A stretch of 40,726 bases of DNA from IMG/VR virus record IMGVR_UViG_3300031952_000006; one strand, written 5' to 3'. Source of the stretch: a virus. Taxonomy: Duplodnaviria; Heunggongvirae; Uroviricota; Caudoviricetes. Within the stretch, counting starts at the first letter, position 1; each line of letters begins with the position of its first letter. Below, piece after piece: positions 25,117 to 34,762 of the stretch. The position numbers were made by a program, and so were the translations under genes. The notes under the pieces are model-generated. The model worked only from the letters and a program-made list of their open reading frames with translations, did not search any database and was not told where the DNA came from.

Positions 25117-28100
25117 ATGGCATCATTTCTGAAATTTGGAGTAGGTGATCCTGAACAAATTAATGGTTCCGTGTTTGGAACATTCAATGTTCAATATAAG
25201 CCAGAAGAATTTGAAAGGATACGTGAAGATGGATTTACTGTCATGGGTATGGTTCCTGATTGTCGAGTTTTTATTTATGGAGCTGAGTTAACCAAAGACG
25301 TATTGGATGTTTCTGTAAATAACTCACTGGAAGGCAACACCTGCGATATTACTCTTACTAATCCTCGCGGAAGATATGAAATAACCAAACAAGATTTAAT
25401 GGGTAAATGGCGAGAAGATAAAGATATTCTTGCCGCATATGATTATTCACAATTTAATCGCATGGCTCCGGGTTTGTTTGATAATTTCATGGATAAAATA
25501 ACAGAAACTGCTTTTGGAAAAAAAGGCGCAACGGCTATCAAACAAGGAATGAACATTGCCAGAAGCGCAAATTCTCTTATGGGCAGCGGCGGGGGTATTC
25601 CAAAAGTGCGTGGTGTTACCCGTCAAATATTTGAAACAAAACATTATAGTGGAATAACAAAGCATAATGGTGATGTAGTATTTGACTACAAAGATCCCGT
25701 CTATGTTTTCTTTAAGGGTAGATTTTCTCCATTATGGTATTTTGGATTTACAGGTATAATTACTGGTTGGGATGATTCCGACGCATATGAACAAACATAC
25801 AGTATCAAACTTAAGTGTGAAGATATTACTACTCTTTGGAAAAGATCGAAATTAACCGAACAGGGCGCAATGTTTGCCTTTTCTCGTGGAGAAGATAGAT
25901 TTAAAGGAACAAACACAGGTCAATCAACAAATCCCACTCAATTAGCAGCTACATTCAATTTTTCTGATTTAATTAAAGTTGCTGTGTATTCATATAATTA
26001 TGGATTAAAAGCATACAATTGTCATGAAAGTAATCCTGGAAAATATACAAATCCTGATGTAGGTGCGGCAGCAGTAGCAGGTGCCTCCGTTATTGGAGGA
26101 ACTTCTTTAAAATCCGGGGGATCATTCAAAAGTAAATTAAAAAAATTACAAGATGAAGCTTTCATTGATGCTCGTTATATGTTTACAAGAAGTGTTGGTG
26201 GTTGGGGAATCAGTCTTAATGGAAAATCATCTTTTAGCGGATCTAATAAAGGCGCATCTGGTAGTTCTATAAGAATCGGCAGTTTGCAAAATGCAGGAAT
26301 AATTCCTATTTCCGAAATAACATATATCCATAAAAAACAATTCAATACTAAAAAATATAAATTAAATGAATCTCCCCTTGGCCCATCGGCACCTATTTAT
26401 TTTCAGCTTAATGAGATAGAGTTTCCAGAAAAAATTGCATTTACTGGTGATAATCTAAAATCGATGCTTAATGTCTCTGTTCGCTACTGGGAAGCTGAGC
26501 ACAGCATAGCATCTTCTTTGAGTTCTGATGCATCAAATATAACTGGAACAGGATGGAAAGATAATAAAGCTTTTGGTATTGCTGGAGTTCATCCAGCGCT
26601 TACGTATGATTTTATAAGTAATTTTAATATTCTTGATGGTATCTGGCAGCAATGCTATAAATCAAAAAAAGAAATTGATAAAGTAATAATGAGTCCCAAT
26701 GATAAGATTCGTTCTACTGTTGGAGGTATGCCAACAGAACTTGTGCGAAACGATGAATTATCGAAGGCAAAATTAGATCCAATTGGAACAGCATTTAATT
26801 TTTTTAGACCACGATTATTTATAATACTTCCAAGACGATTTTCTGATAGAAATAAAAAAGCGGGTCCAGGGAAATTTCAACAATTCGAAAATCTATTTAA
26901 AGAATCAGCAACTAGTGTATATGAATTCTTAAAAGAAAAAACTAAAAGTGTTGAGTATCTCATGTATGCATCTCCTTGTGGAGATGTCTTTATAGAGCCG
27001 GAGTTATATGATTTCCATCCATTAGATTTTTCATCAAAAATAGAATCAAAAAATATTATAGTAAAAGAAGTACCAGTTAAAGTAAGAAGCTATAGCGGTT
27101 TGACAAATCAACCTGCAACTCGTCAATCAAAAGCATATATGTTTAATTCTTACGCAAACCATCCATTTTTCATAATGGAAAAGGATAGAATGCGTACAAC
27201 ACAAACATTTAATCATCAACTTATTCACACGGAGGTAACTGTAAGAGGAGGAACCATGGAAGGTGGAGGTATTCTTGAAGTAATAGATGAGCAAACTGCA
27301 GAAGCCGTAACTGCGGTAGCATCTGGTCGAATGAGTCGTGGATATAGTATGCAAACAGCTTTTGCCAATGGAGTATATGTTGCTGATGGGTTTCAAAAGA
27401 ATTTTGAGCCCACCAGTGCTGTAGCACAAACTCGCACTGCTTATGAAAAAGCACGAATTGAGTTAGATAAAACCATATTTATGGAAATGTTTTCGATAAT
27501 TGGATCTCAGCTAGTATCACAAACTGTTAAATCCTACACAAATTATATGGCAGCCTTTCCAGATGATCCAGGAGCGGCTCTGTATGATTTATTTTCCGAA
27601 GAGTCTATCCGAATAAAAAAGATTGTAAAAGATACCCTAGGAAAAGCCGTTACTGCATTAAATGATAATGACTATTTAGTAATTCTTGGAGACGAATTTC
27701 CAAGTCTTTTGCCTTCATATTCTAAAAACATGGATCAAGTACTAAATTCTGAGTTTAATAGACATCAAACAGAGAGTACGAAAGAATTCAAAACAGTATC
27801 AAGAAAGTCAGTATTTATGGAAAAACTTAAGGTTAATGAAACTACATATTCTGCCGTTATAGATATGATAACTGATGGAAGCTACAATCCAAAAGATGAA
27901 TCATTTGCTTTAGTACGAGATATGATTCGATTGGGCACTCCATCTGTCATAAACACTGTAATGGTTAAACCAGTTGCAGATGCAACAATAAAAGCACTAA
28001 AAGAATATAATATACGAGGGGGTTCACAAATTTTAATCAGAAACATAGCAGAAGAGAAAAGAGCTGCTCAGCTAGGCATCTATGATCCTCGTTATGATAT

Positions 28101-29394
28101 GGTAAAACATTACGGATACAATCCAAAGGAACCTCTTAAAAATACATTTATAAAAAATGGTAGTGAAGCGTACGATTATGCACGAACAGTATTTAATAGA
28201 CTACTGGGGAAAGCATTTCAAATAAGTATGGATATTATAGGAAGGCCTGAATTCATGTTAAATCGTCCATATTATTGTGAAAGAAAAGACTCAATCGGAC
28301 TTCTTACAAAATATTCTATCCGCTATCAAGTTCAATCGGCATTTACGTCATCAGCAACACTCGAATATGTACGTAAAAATGCTATAACATTTAATTATTC
28401 TATGGGTGATTTAGATCCATTTCAAAGCTCAGCTAATAATAAATATTTTAAAGCACAGGCAGATTACTACTATAAACTAAATCGATTTGCTACTAATTTT
28501 GCAGGTAGAACAACTGATGCAATAACTGGAGGTGTTGCTGGAAAAAATCCAGGATTTGGCAGAGCCCTAGGAGCAAAAGTTGTGGGTAACGCTGCTTCAA
28601 AACTTATGGGTAGCTTACTTCCAGCAGGTGGTGTATTTTCAATGCACGATAGAATAGGACATATTCCGTTTGATACTCGTTTTTCGGACAGCACAACAAC
28701 AACGACTGCCTTACCAGGAAGTCTTCCTGGAGATACAAATGCAGATAAGTCAATTAAAGGCTCATCTATGGCAGCTCTATATGAAAAAACTATACAGATT
28801 TCTCAAACACTAGAAAATAGAAAAACTAATGAAGTTAAAAGAGATCAATACAAAACAGAAGGTAAGCAAGTACAAGTTGATATTCTTCAGGATATCAAAA
28901 CAATAGATGAAAAGAATAAAACACTTAGTACTCTTCCTGTAAATCAAGAACGTATCACTCTTATAAAAGAAATAAGAGCATTAGAAATTAGTATTACCAA
29001 GAAACAATCGAATTATAAAGCCAAAGAAACAGAGTATAAATTAGCTCTTACGGCTATAGATGAAGCCAATAAATTACTTTATGGAGTTCCTCTTGATAAA
29101 CGGACAGATATAAGTAATATTGTTTTAGCTACGTATAAAGCAGTACGACCTGGTGGAAGAATTACAGCAGATTCTGCACTATATTCAAATGGGTTGTTCT
29201 ATCAATTATTTGAAATATATATGGCACGTAGCGTTCAACTTGTTCCCGATCAATGGTACATTGATGAAAATAGTAAACACACAGTTAAATTTGAAGGTTT
29301 GGCTGAGAATATTACATTTTATATTTTAAGAAAGCAAGCACCCCCTGCTGTAGCTAAGAGCGGATCAAGAGGTAGAACTACAGCGATTGCCTAG
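25117..29394 (+). CDS. Large baseplate hub protein (gp27/gp44-like) with long insertions
   Basis: VLDVSVNNSLEGNTCDITLTNP, FTGII, IKLKCED, ASPCGDVFIEP, ISMDIIGRPEF.LNRP; between initiator and spike. Confidence 0.65.
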   Translation: MASFLKFGVGDPEQINGSVFGTFNVQYKPEEFERIREDGFTVMGMVPDCRVFIYGAELTKDVLDVSVNNSLEGNTCDITLTNPRGRYEITKQDLMGKWREDKDILAAYDYSQFNRMAPGLFDNFMDKITETAFGKKGATAIKQGMNIARSANSLMGSGGGIPKVRGVTRQIFETKHYSGITKHNGDVVFDYKDPVYVFFKGRFSPLWYFGFTGIITGWDDSDAYEQTYSIKLKCEDITTLWKRSKLTEQGAMFAFSRGEDRFKGTNTGQSTNPTQLAATFNFSDLIKVAVYSYNYGLKAYNCHESNPGKYTNPDVGAAAVAGASVIGGTSLKSGGSFKSKLKKLQDEAFIDARYMFTRSVGGWGISLNGKSSFSGSNKGASGSSIRIGSLQNAGIIPISEITYIHKKQFNTKKYKLNESPLGPSAPIYFQLNEIEFPEKIAFTGDNLKSMLNVSVRYWEAEHSIASSLSSDASNITGTGWKDNKAFGIAGVHPALTYDFISNFNILDGIWQQCYKSKKEIDKVIMSPNDKIRSTVGGMPTELVRNDELSKAKLDPIGTAFNFFRPRLFIILPRRFSDRNKKAGPGKFQQFENLFKESATSVYEFLKEKTKSVEYLMYASPCGDVFIEPELYDFHPLDFSSKIESKNIIVKEVPVKVRSYSGLTNQPATRQSKAYMFNSYANHPFFIMEKDRMRTTQTFNHQLIHTEVTVRGGTMEGGGILEVIDEQTAEAVTAVASGRMSRGYSMQTAFANGVYVADGFQKNFEPTSAVAQTRTAYEKARIELDKTIFMEMFSIIGSQLVSQTVKSYTNYMAAFPDDPGAALYDLFSEESIRIKKIVKDTLGKAVTALNDNDYLVILGDEFPSLLPSYSKNMDQVLNSEFNRHQTESTKEFKTVSRKSVFMEKLKVNETTYSAVIDMITDGSYNPKDESFALVRDMIRLGTPSVINTVMVKPVADATIKALKEYNIRGGSQILIRNIAEEKRAAQLGIYDPRYDMVKHYGYNPKEPLKNTFIKNGSEAYDYARTVFNRLLGKAFQISMDIIGRPEFMLNRPYYCERKDSIGLLTKYSIRYQVQSAFTSSATLEYVRKNAITFNYSMGDLDPFQSSANNKYFKAQADYYYKLNRFATNFAGRTTDAITGGVAGKNPGFGRALGAKVVGNAASKLMGSLLPAGGVFSMHDRIGHIPFDTRFSDSTTTTTALPGSLPGDTNADKSIKGSSMAALYEKTIQISQTLENRKTNEVKRDQYKTEGKQVQVDILQDIKTIDEKNKTLSTLPVNQERITLIKEIRALEISITKKQSNYKAKETEYKLALTAIDEANKLLYGVPLDKRTDISNIVLATYKAVRPGGRITADSALYSNGLFYQLFEIYMARSVQLVPDQWYIDENSKHTVKFEGLAENITFYILRKQAPPAVAKSGSRGRTTAIA

Positions 29395-29429
29395 ATAGAT
29401 TAAAAATTAAACAGTAACGGTAATACACT

Positions 29430-30800
29430 ATGCGCGGAGCATTAACAAATAATGAAACAGTACGATTCAACGATAAAATAGAAGCTGACAGCATCATGTG
29501 GGGTCTAGTTGACAAAGTAGATACCCAAACTCAAATGATGAAAGTTCTTGTTCCTGCAAATCCAAATGCAAAACCCAAAGCTATTGATGTATCTATAGGA
29601 AATGCAGTTACTAATTACGGTTCTGGATTTCGACTTATACCTTTTTCTGGAGGAAGAACTGGAGTATTCATATATGAGGATACTGGAGGAAAATATCACC
29701 ATATAGGGTATGTCTTAGATAATATAAAAAATATTACTGATGATATGACTGGAGATGCACAAGAAAATGCTAATAGAGTACTTATTCGTCACCTCGAAGA
29801 AGGTGAAGTTCAAATGGCGGGTGCATATGGAAATGAATTTTATTTGTCCGTTGACGGCAGCGCCTTAGTAAAAACTCAATTTGGATCTTATCTCAAACTT
29901 GATAATTACATGAGTCGTTTGGAAGGAAATTTTTCTAATTTAAAATATGAAATGGACGGTGTTCGTCTTCGTATGGGTAATGTGATTCGACCCACACGAA
30001 CTGACACAACAGAAGATCAATATATTGTATATGGTGGAGATGGAATATTAAAAGGAGCTGACAAAATTACAGATGGTGAAACATGGACACCCCTTAAAGA
30101 ATTTACGATACAAGTTGGTACAGTCCCTAATTCAGCAAATAAATATGTTGATTATACAGATCCTTTTCTAAGTCCTACCGTTGGTACATTTTCAATAGCC
30201 GATACTTTTGTAAAGGAAGATGGAACAGGAGTATATTCAGGAGGATCTCCTGTAAAATGTTATCTTCGTATGGCCAGTGGTGGTGGTTTTATGGTAACAG
30301 AAGATGGGTCATTCTCTATTATGGATTTTACAAACTGGAGTTCTGTTAAATTCCCAGCACAAAGTCCAGAAAGATCGTTACGATTACGAAAAAGTAGTAT
30401 ATCTGTTGCTGAATCCGTAGATGAAGAAGCGCAGTTCAAAACTGAAATACTGCTTGCGCACGAAAGCAATGCTCAGATTGAAGTTCGAGAAGGCTATGTT
30501 CAATTAACCGAAGCGACCGGTCGCTATCTGAAACTTGATAATTTTGGACTTGCAGTAACAGTACCGAAGGCTACTGTCTCCATAAATGCAAAAGACATTC
30601 AGCTTTCTGTTGATGGAGGAAGTGTAAGTATTGGGGGAATGCCTATAGATGGCGTTTTAAAAGCAACACAAACATCTTTGATGTTTGACACACATACGCA
30701 TGCAGGACCAGCGGGTCCACCTCTTCCTACATTTCAATGGACACCATCGTTACAAATACCTAATTCTCCGTTTATGGCGCAAAGTTTTAAAGTTATGTAG
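29430..30800 (+). CDS. Baseplate central spike (gpV/gp5-like)
   Basis: OB-fold-like N-terminus (WGLVDKVD...MKVLV), short beta-strand repeats, C-terminal FDTHTHAGP HxH apex motif. Confidence 0.75.
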   Translation: MRGALTNNETVRFNDKIEADSIMWGLVDKVDTQTQMMKVLVPANPNAKPKAIDVSIGNAVTNYGSGFRLIPFSGGRTGVFIYEDTGGKYHHIGYVLDNIKNITDDMTGDAQENANRVLIRHLEEGEVQMAGAYGNEFYLSVDGSALVKTQFGSYLKLDNYMSRLEGNFSNLKYEMDGVRLRMGNVIRPTRTDTTEDQYIVYGGDGILKGADKITDGETWTPLKEFTIQVGTVPNSANKYVDYTDPFLSPTVGTFSIADTFVKEDGTGVYSGGSPVKCYLRMASGGGFMVTEDGSFSIMDFTNWSSVKFPAQSPERSLRLRKSSISVAESVDEEAQFKTEILLAHESNAQIEVREGYVQLTEATGRYLKLDNFGLAVTVPKATVSINAKDIQLSVDGGSVSIGGMPIDGVLKATQTSLMFDTHTHAGPAGPPLPTFQWTPSLQIPNSPFMAQSFKVM

Positions 30801-30811
30801 GAGGAACATGC

Positions 30812-31192
30812 ATGCCTATTGATTTATCCGTATGGGAACAAAAAGTATTTGATTTTGGTGTAGATATACCATTACCACCCATGCCGGAACCGCCAGCAGA
30901 ATGGGGATTACCTGGGGTTGGATTAGACCTTAAAGCAACATGTCCAGGTGCTCCTTTTTGTGGAAATCCTGATGCTGACAAAAATTGTTCCAAGGGTGTT
31001 AAAAAACCACTGACAATACCAGAATACATACCTGCAATACCTTTTCCACCTGAAATAAACATACCTCCTATGAAATTTAGAGTAGTGTTTCCTCCAACAT
31101 CAATAATACCAACACCACCAAAAGGTAGTGGAGGAGTTCCAGGAAAAGGGGGAGGTTGTCCTAATTATCCAGATAAAGAGGCTCATGGATGA
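30812..31192 (+). CDS. Small Pro/Cys-rich protein downstream of spike
   Basis: SD aggagg; very Pro-rich with four Cys. Confidence 0.55.
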   Translation: MPIDLSVWEQKVFDFGVDIPLPPMPEPPAEWGLPGVGLDLKATCPGAPFCGNPDADKNCSKGVKKPLTIPEYIPAIPFPPEINIPPMKFRVVFPPTSIIPTPPKGSGGVPGKGGGCPNYPDKEAHG

Positions 31193-31653
31193 TAAAACCA
31201 GAATTAATTACTGCACTTAAAGCATTCAGATTTTCAACTATGGGTAGAGACCATATCGCTAAAGTATTTCCAGAGTTACTTGCAAACTCTTGCAGAACTA
31301 TGGCTATCGTAGATATATTTGGAAACAAAAAAGAAGTTATCTTTAATTGGGGTAAATTAATGGAATATAAGATTAACTTCAGTTCTGCTATTTATAATAA
31401 TAGTTATGACATGCTGGATAATATACTCATCGAATTTTTTAAATCATACAATTATAAGATAATTGTACCACCAGGAAAACTTGTCATGTTTCATATTGAT
31501 TTTCCTGATGAAGCTGTACAAAAGTTTGAAAATACCTGTAATGCTTTCAAAGGAAAACAGTGGGATGATATAATAGATACTTTTCTTGATTCCTTTTATG
31601 AATTTGTATCAACAGCCACTGTACACGGAGATTGCTTTACCTCATGGCATTAG
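31189..31653 (+). CDS. Hypothetical protein
   Basis: 154 aa, ATGA overlap; no motif recognised. Confidence 0.6.
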   Translation: MIKPELITALKAFRFSTMGRDHIAKVFPELLANSCRTMAIVDIFGNKKEVIFNWGKLMEYKINFSSAIYNNSYDMLDNILIEFFKSYNYKIIVPPGKLVMFHIDFPDEAVQKFENTCNAFKGKQWDDIIDTFLDSFYEFVSTATVHGDCFTSWH

Positions 31654-32228
31654 TAGTAGATACATTAAAGACTCAAATAAAAGCAGCTTTTCAAACGATT
31701 GACTGGGCTGTATGTGCAACACAGTTAGCCAGCGCAATTGATAACTTTATTAAAACAGCAACTACAACTACAACTGTTACTGCTAATATACAAGTTCCTT
31801 CCAGTACTGTTGTCGCAGCGGGTATTGCTAATACAATAGCAACTACTGGGCTGGCTGCAATGCAATCAGCAATATTAGCAAAATTCCAAAATCCGTCTAC
31901 GTTATGGGCTGACCTTGGACCTGCTATCGCTACAGCAATAAGTACGAATGTTAAAACAGGTACTGTTACTACAACTGTGACTGGAGCTGCGTCTGGAGTA
32001 GGAACTGGCGTTCCCGGATGCGTAAATGATTCTTCTGGGTTAAGTGGTCTCATAGCAAATATTACAACTGCATTTACAACCCAAGCATTCTCATCAGATT
32101 GGAATATCGTTGCTGATAAGATAGGAGATTCCATTGACCAATATCTAAAGGCAGCAACTGTAACAACAGTAGATAGCGGAGCAATACCAAGTTCTTGGAG
32201 TGGTTCTGGGATAGGAAAAATATCATAG
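31632..32228 (+). CDS. Thr/Ala-rich protein built from three internal repeats (putative spike-associated)
   Basis: Three copies of I..[AK]F...W....[LI]...I....K.[AG]T.TT; start may be ATG 31644. Confidence 0.65.
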   Translation: MLYLMALVVDTLKTQIKAAFQTIDWAVCATQLASAIDNFIKTATTTTTVTANIQVPSSTVVAAGIANTIATTGLAAMQSAILAKFQNPSTLWADLGPAIATAISTNVKTGTVTTTVTGAASGVGTGVPGCVNDSSGLSGLIANITTAFTTQAFSSDWNIVADKIGDSIDQYLKAATVTTVDSGAIPSSWSGSGIGKIS

Positions 32229-32237
32229 GAGTATATT

Positions 32238-32681
32238 ATGGCAACAACAGAAGAACTTTTACAAAAATTATCAGTTGTTGAGAAACAAAGCTATAAAGAT
32301 ATAATAAACATATCCATAAAAGAATACGGAGGAAAAGAAGTAACATTTACCATGCTTAATAATTCCATCACAAAATCTTTAAACAGAGCAACAGCTTTAT
32401 TAGACGGATACTCAACTAAGTACAAAAATGCTGATGTTACCAATAGTTATAATGTGTTTAGAAGTATTACTGAGAATATAAGTGGCCAAGTAGCAGAATT
32501 AGATAAAACAAACGGTCTTATTAATATGATGGTTTATGGTGATGCAAAAACACAAAGGGAACTTAAACGATATATCTCTGAATTAAGTAAACGAGGTTCT
32601 TTATTGAATACTCAAATATTAAATGATATCGATACAGCAAAAACAAGCTTATCAACGTTACTGAGTCTAATCCCTGCATAA
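32238..32681 (+). CDS. Helical hypothetical protein
   Basis: SD aggag; 147 aa. Confidence 0.6.
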   Translation: MATTEELLQKLSVVEKQSYKDIINISIKEYGGKEVTFTMLNNSITKSLNRATALLDGYSTKYKNADVTNSYNVFRSITENISGQVAELDKTNGLINMMVYGDAKTQRELKRYISELSKRGSLLNTQILNDIDTAKTSLSTLLSLIPA

Positions 32682-32734
32682 ATTTACTTAAAATTACCGG
32701 GATATATGCTATATTTGTATGTCAGAGGTGCGTT

Positions 32735-33181
32735 ATGGCAGTAGGATTAAAAATAGTTAACGGGGATTTTATAATAGGACAAGGCGGCACTATTGAAATG
32801 GTTAGTGAGGTTACTAAATGCACTAGAGATTTCGGTAAAATGCTCGTTACTGAAAAAGAGTATACCACCAACATTACAACGTACGAAAGATATAATCCAG
32901 AATATGGAACTGAGCTAAACAATAAAGCTCAATATGTTGGCCTATCTCGAATGGGAAAACGAGATTCTGTTACTATGCTCTTAAATGATGCGATAGCAAG
33001 TTATCTAAAATTGCAAGAAAGTAGAGATAATCTCGATTTTGGTGAAGTTATTACAAATGTTGATTTCGATGCATTTTATGACGTACGAGATATGCGTAAT
33101 TTAATAATAGAAATTAGTTTTGAAACTGCCTTCGGCGGCCAACCAGTGTCATTAGGACAGTATATACAAAATGTTGAATAA
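32735..33181 (+). CDS. Baseplate wedge protein, gp25/gpW-like
   Basis: LKIVNGDFII..G...V...YNPEYGTEL pattern; directly before baseplate J. Confidence 0.65.
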   Translation: MAVGLKIVNGDFIIGQGGTIEMVSEVTKCTRDFGKMLVTEKEYTTNITTYERYNPEYGTELNNKAQYVGLSRMGKRDSVTMLLNDAIASYLKLQESRDNLDFGEVITNVDFDAFYDVRDMRNLIIEISFETAFGGQPVSLGQYIQNVE

Positions 33182-33192
33182 AGAGGGATGCT

Positions 33193-34656
33193 ATGATTTC
33201 TAAATCAAGTAGCGATGTCAGAAGTGAAATAATAGAATCATTACTCGGACGACTTCCAAACTTAGATCTCACAGAAGGCTCGCCAGAACGAGATATGTTT
33301 GTAGAAGCTCCCTTAGAAGGTCAACTTAACTCCTTGTGGGATAGAATTATCTATGCAGCAAAATTACATGCACCACATGTATACCAATCAGATATAGAAG
33401 ATACTGATTTAATAAATTATATGACTAATTACGGGATTAGTCAATCTTCTGCAACATATGCATCCGGCGTTGTTACATTTTATGCAAATGCTCAACCTAC
33501 TCAAGATGTAGTAATACCATCTGGAACTATAGTTAAAACGCAAGAAGTAACCCCGGTTGAATTTTCTGTGCAAGGCGATTATACTATGTATTTTAGCATA
33601 GCTTCTTCTTATTTTAATGCAAATACACAGAGATATGAAATAAATTGTGCGGTGAAGGCTCTCGCAGCAGGATCATCTAATAAAGCTGGTGCAAATACTA
33701 TAGTAGGTATGGCGACAGCAATAAGTGGTATTTCAGGAGTTACCAATGCCAATCCAATTACTGGAGGGCAAGATGAAGAATCTGTAACAGACGCTCTTGC
33801 TCGAGTTATTCAAACATTCCAAGGAAGAGGATTAGGACCAACCCAGGGTCTTATCAATTTTATAAAACCTTATGTTGAGGCTGTAAATGTTGTTGGCGCA
33901 AATGACCCTGAAATGGTTAGAGATGAGGGTCTCGGAGGCGCAATAGATTTTTATGTCATTGGAGAAAGTCTTATAACAGCAGTAGATACAGTAACAGTAA
34001 CATCGACAGGATTATCTACTGGAATAAATGTTTCATATACATCAACAGGGATGATACTTTTAAACCAGCCAGTTAACATTCTATTATCAGTTATTTCTAA
34101 TGGTATTGTTATCTATCCAACATATTATACCTTAACTCTTGATACTGGAATTTTATCAAAATCTACACGCGCATCTGATATGGTTACAGTTACCTCTACA
34201 GGTATTTCTAACGGATTTTGGTTCAAGGCAAATGATATTGTTGAGGTGGCATATCAATACAATAGCTTGCTTGCAACAATAGAAGATGATTTGAATTCAG
34301 TTGAAAATCATTATCAAAACAGAGATTATTTACTTCGAGAAATGACTGCAGTTACAATAACTGTATACATGCGAATAAAAGAGACAGCTGGGCAAGATTT
34401 TGATGCGGTCGCATCTGATGTAGAAACAACTGTATCTAGCTTTATAAATTCAATCATGAATGGTGGATCACTTGAACTAGCCGATGTCGTTGGAGCGGCT
34501 AAAGCTATCAATACTGTTGATAATATAGATCTTACTACAGTCTCAATGACCCCCACGGGGGGTGGTACAAAGACAGCTCAGGGCGATATTCTATTTAATA
34601 AGAATGAATATCCTGTTGCGGGTGCCATAACAATAGAACGTTGGACCAACGAATAA
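33193..34656 (+). CDS. Baseplate J-like (gp6/gpJ) wedge protein
   Basis: DLTEGSPERD, ATYASGVVTF, AGSSNKAGANTI, VTNANPITGGQDEES..ARV motifs. Confidence 0.85.
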   Translation: MISKSSSDVRSEIIESLLGRLPNLDLTEGSPERDMFVEAPLEGQLNSLWDRIIYAAKLHAPHVYQSDIEDTDLINYMTNYGISQSSATYASGVVTFYANAQPTQDVVIPSGTIVKTQEVTPVEFSVQGDYTMYFSIASSYFNANTQRYEINCAVKALAAGSSNKAGANTIVGMATAISGISGVTNANPITGGQDEESVTDALARVIQTFQGRGLGPTQGLINFIKPYVEAVNVVGANDPEMVRDEGLGGAIDFYVIGESLITAVDTVTVTSTGLSTGINVSYTSTGMILLNQPVNILLSVISNGIVIYPTYYTLTLDTGILSKSTRASDMVTVTSTGISNGFWFKANDIVEVAYQYNSLLATIEDDLNSVENHYQNRDYLLREMTAVTITVYMRIKETAGQDFDAVASDVETTVSSFINSIMNGGSLELADVVGAAKAINTVDNIDLTTVSMTPTGGGTKTAQGDILFNKNEYPVAGAITIERWTNE

Positions 34657-34714
34657 AATCATTAGAAATTTTTTAAAAATATTTCAATTCGTATCTTATA
34701 AATAGAGTGCGTGC

Positions 34715-34725
34715 CGATACTTTAA
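34715..34725 (+). promoter_or_regulatory. GCCGATACTTT, putative promoter -10 element upstream of the glycosyltransferase cluster
   Basis: 10/11 match to GCCGATACTAT; intergenic, 38 nt before ATG 34763. Confidence 0.45.
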
Positions 34726-34762
34726 TTGAGTAAAGATAGTATCTTCTGTAGCAGGAGAAGCA

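Noticed and set aside
118-34656. TAG stop-codon recoding (alternative genetic code)
   Set aside because: Many genes end in TAG (e.g. 6819, 15847, 25115, 32228) with the next gene and RBS immediately after; standard code already gives dense, intact genes.
16682-34656. Extracellular contractile injection system or type VI secretion locus
   Set aside because: G/GT frameshift chaperones, neck-like genes, a free-standing homing endonuclease and phage accessory genes fit a phage; no AAA ATPase or Tss membrane complex seen. Not fully excluded without flanks.
34699-34706. T4-type late promoter TATAAATA
   Set aside because: Not found before other structural genes; another copy is inside coding sequence (18590); expected by chance in AT-rich DNA.
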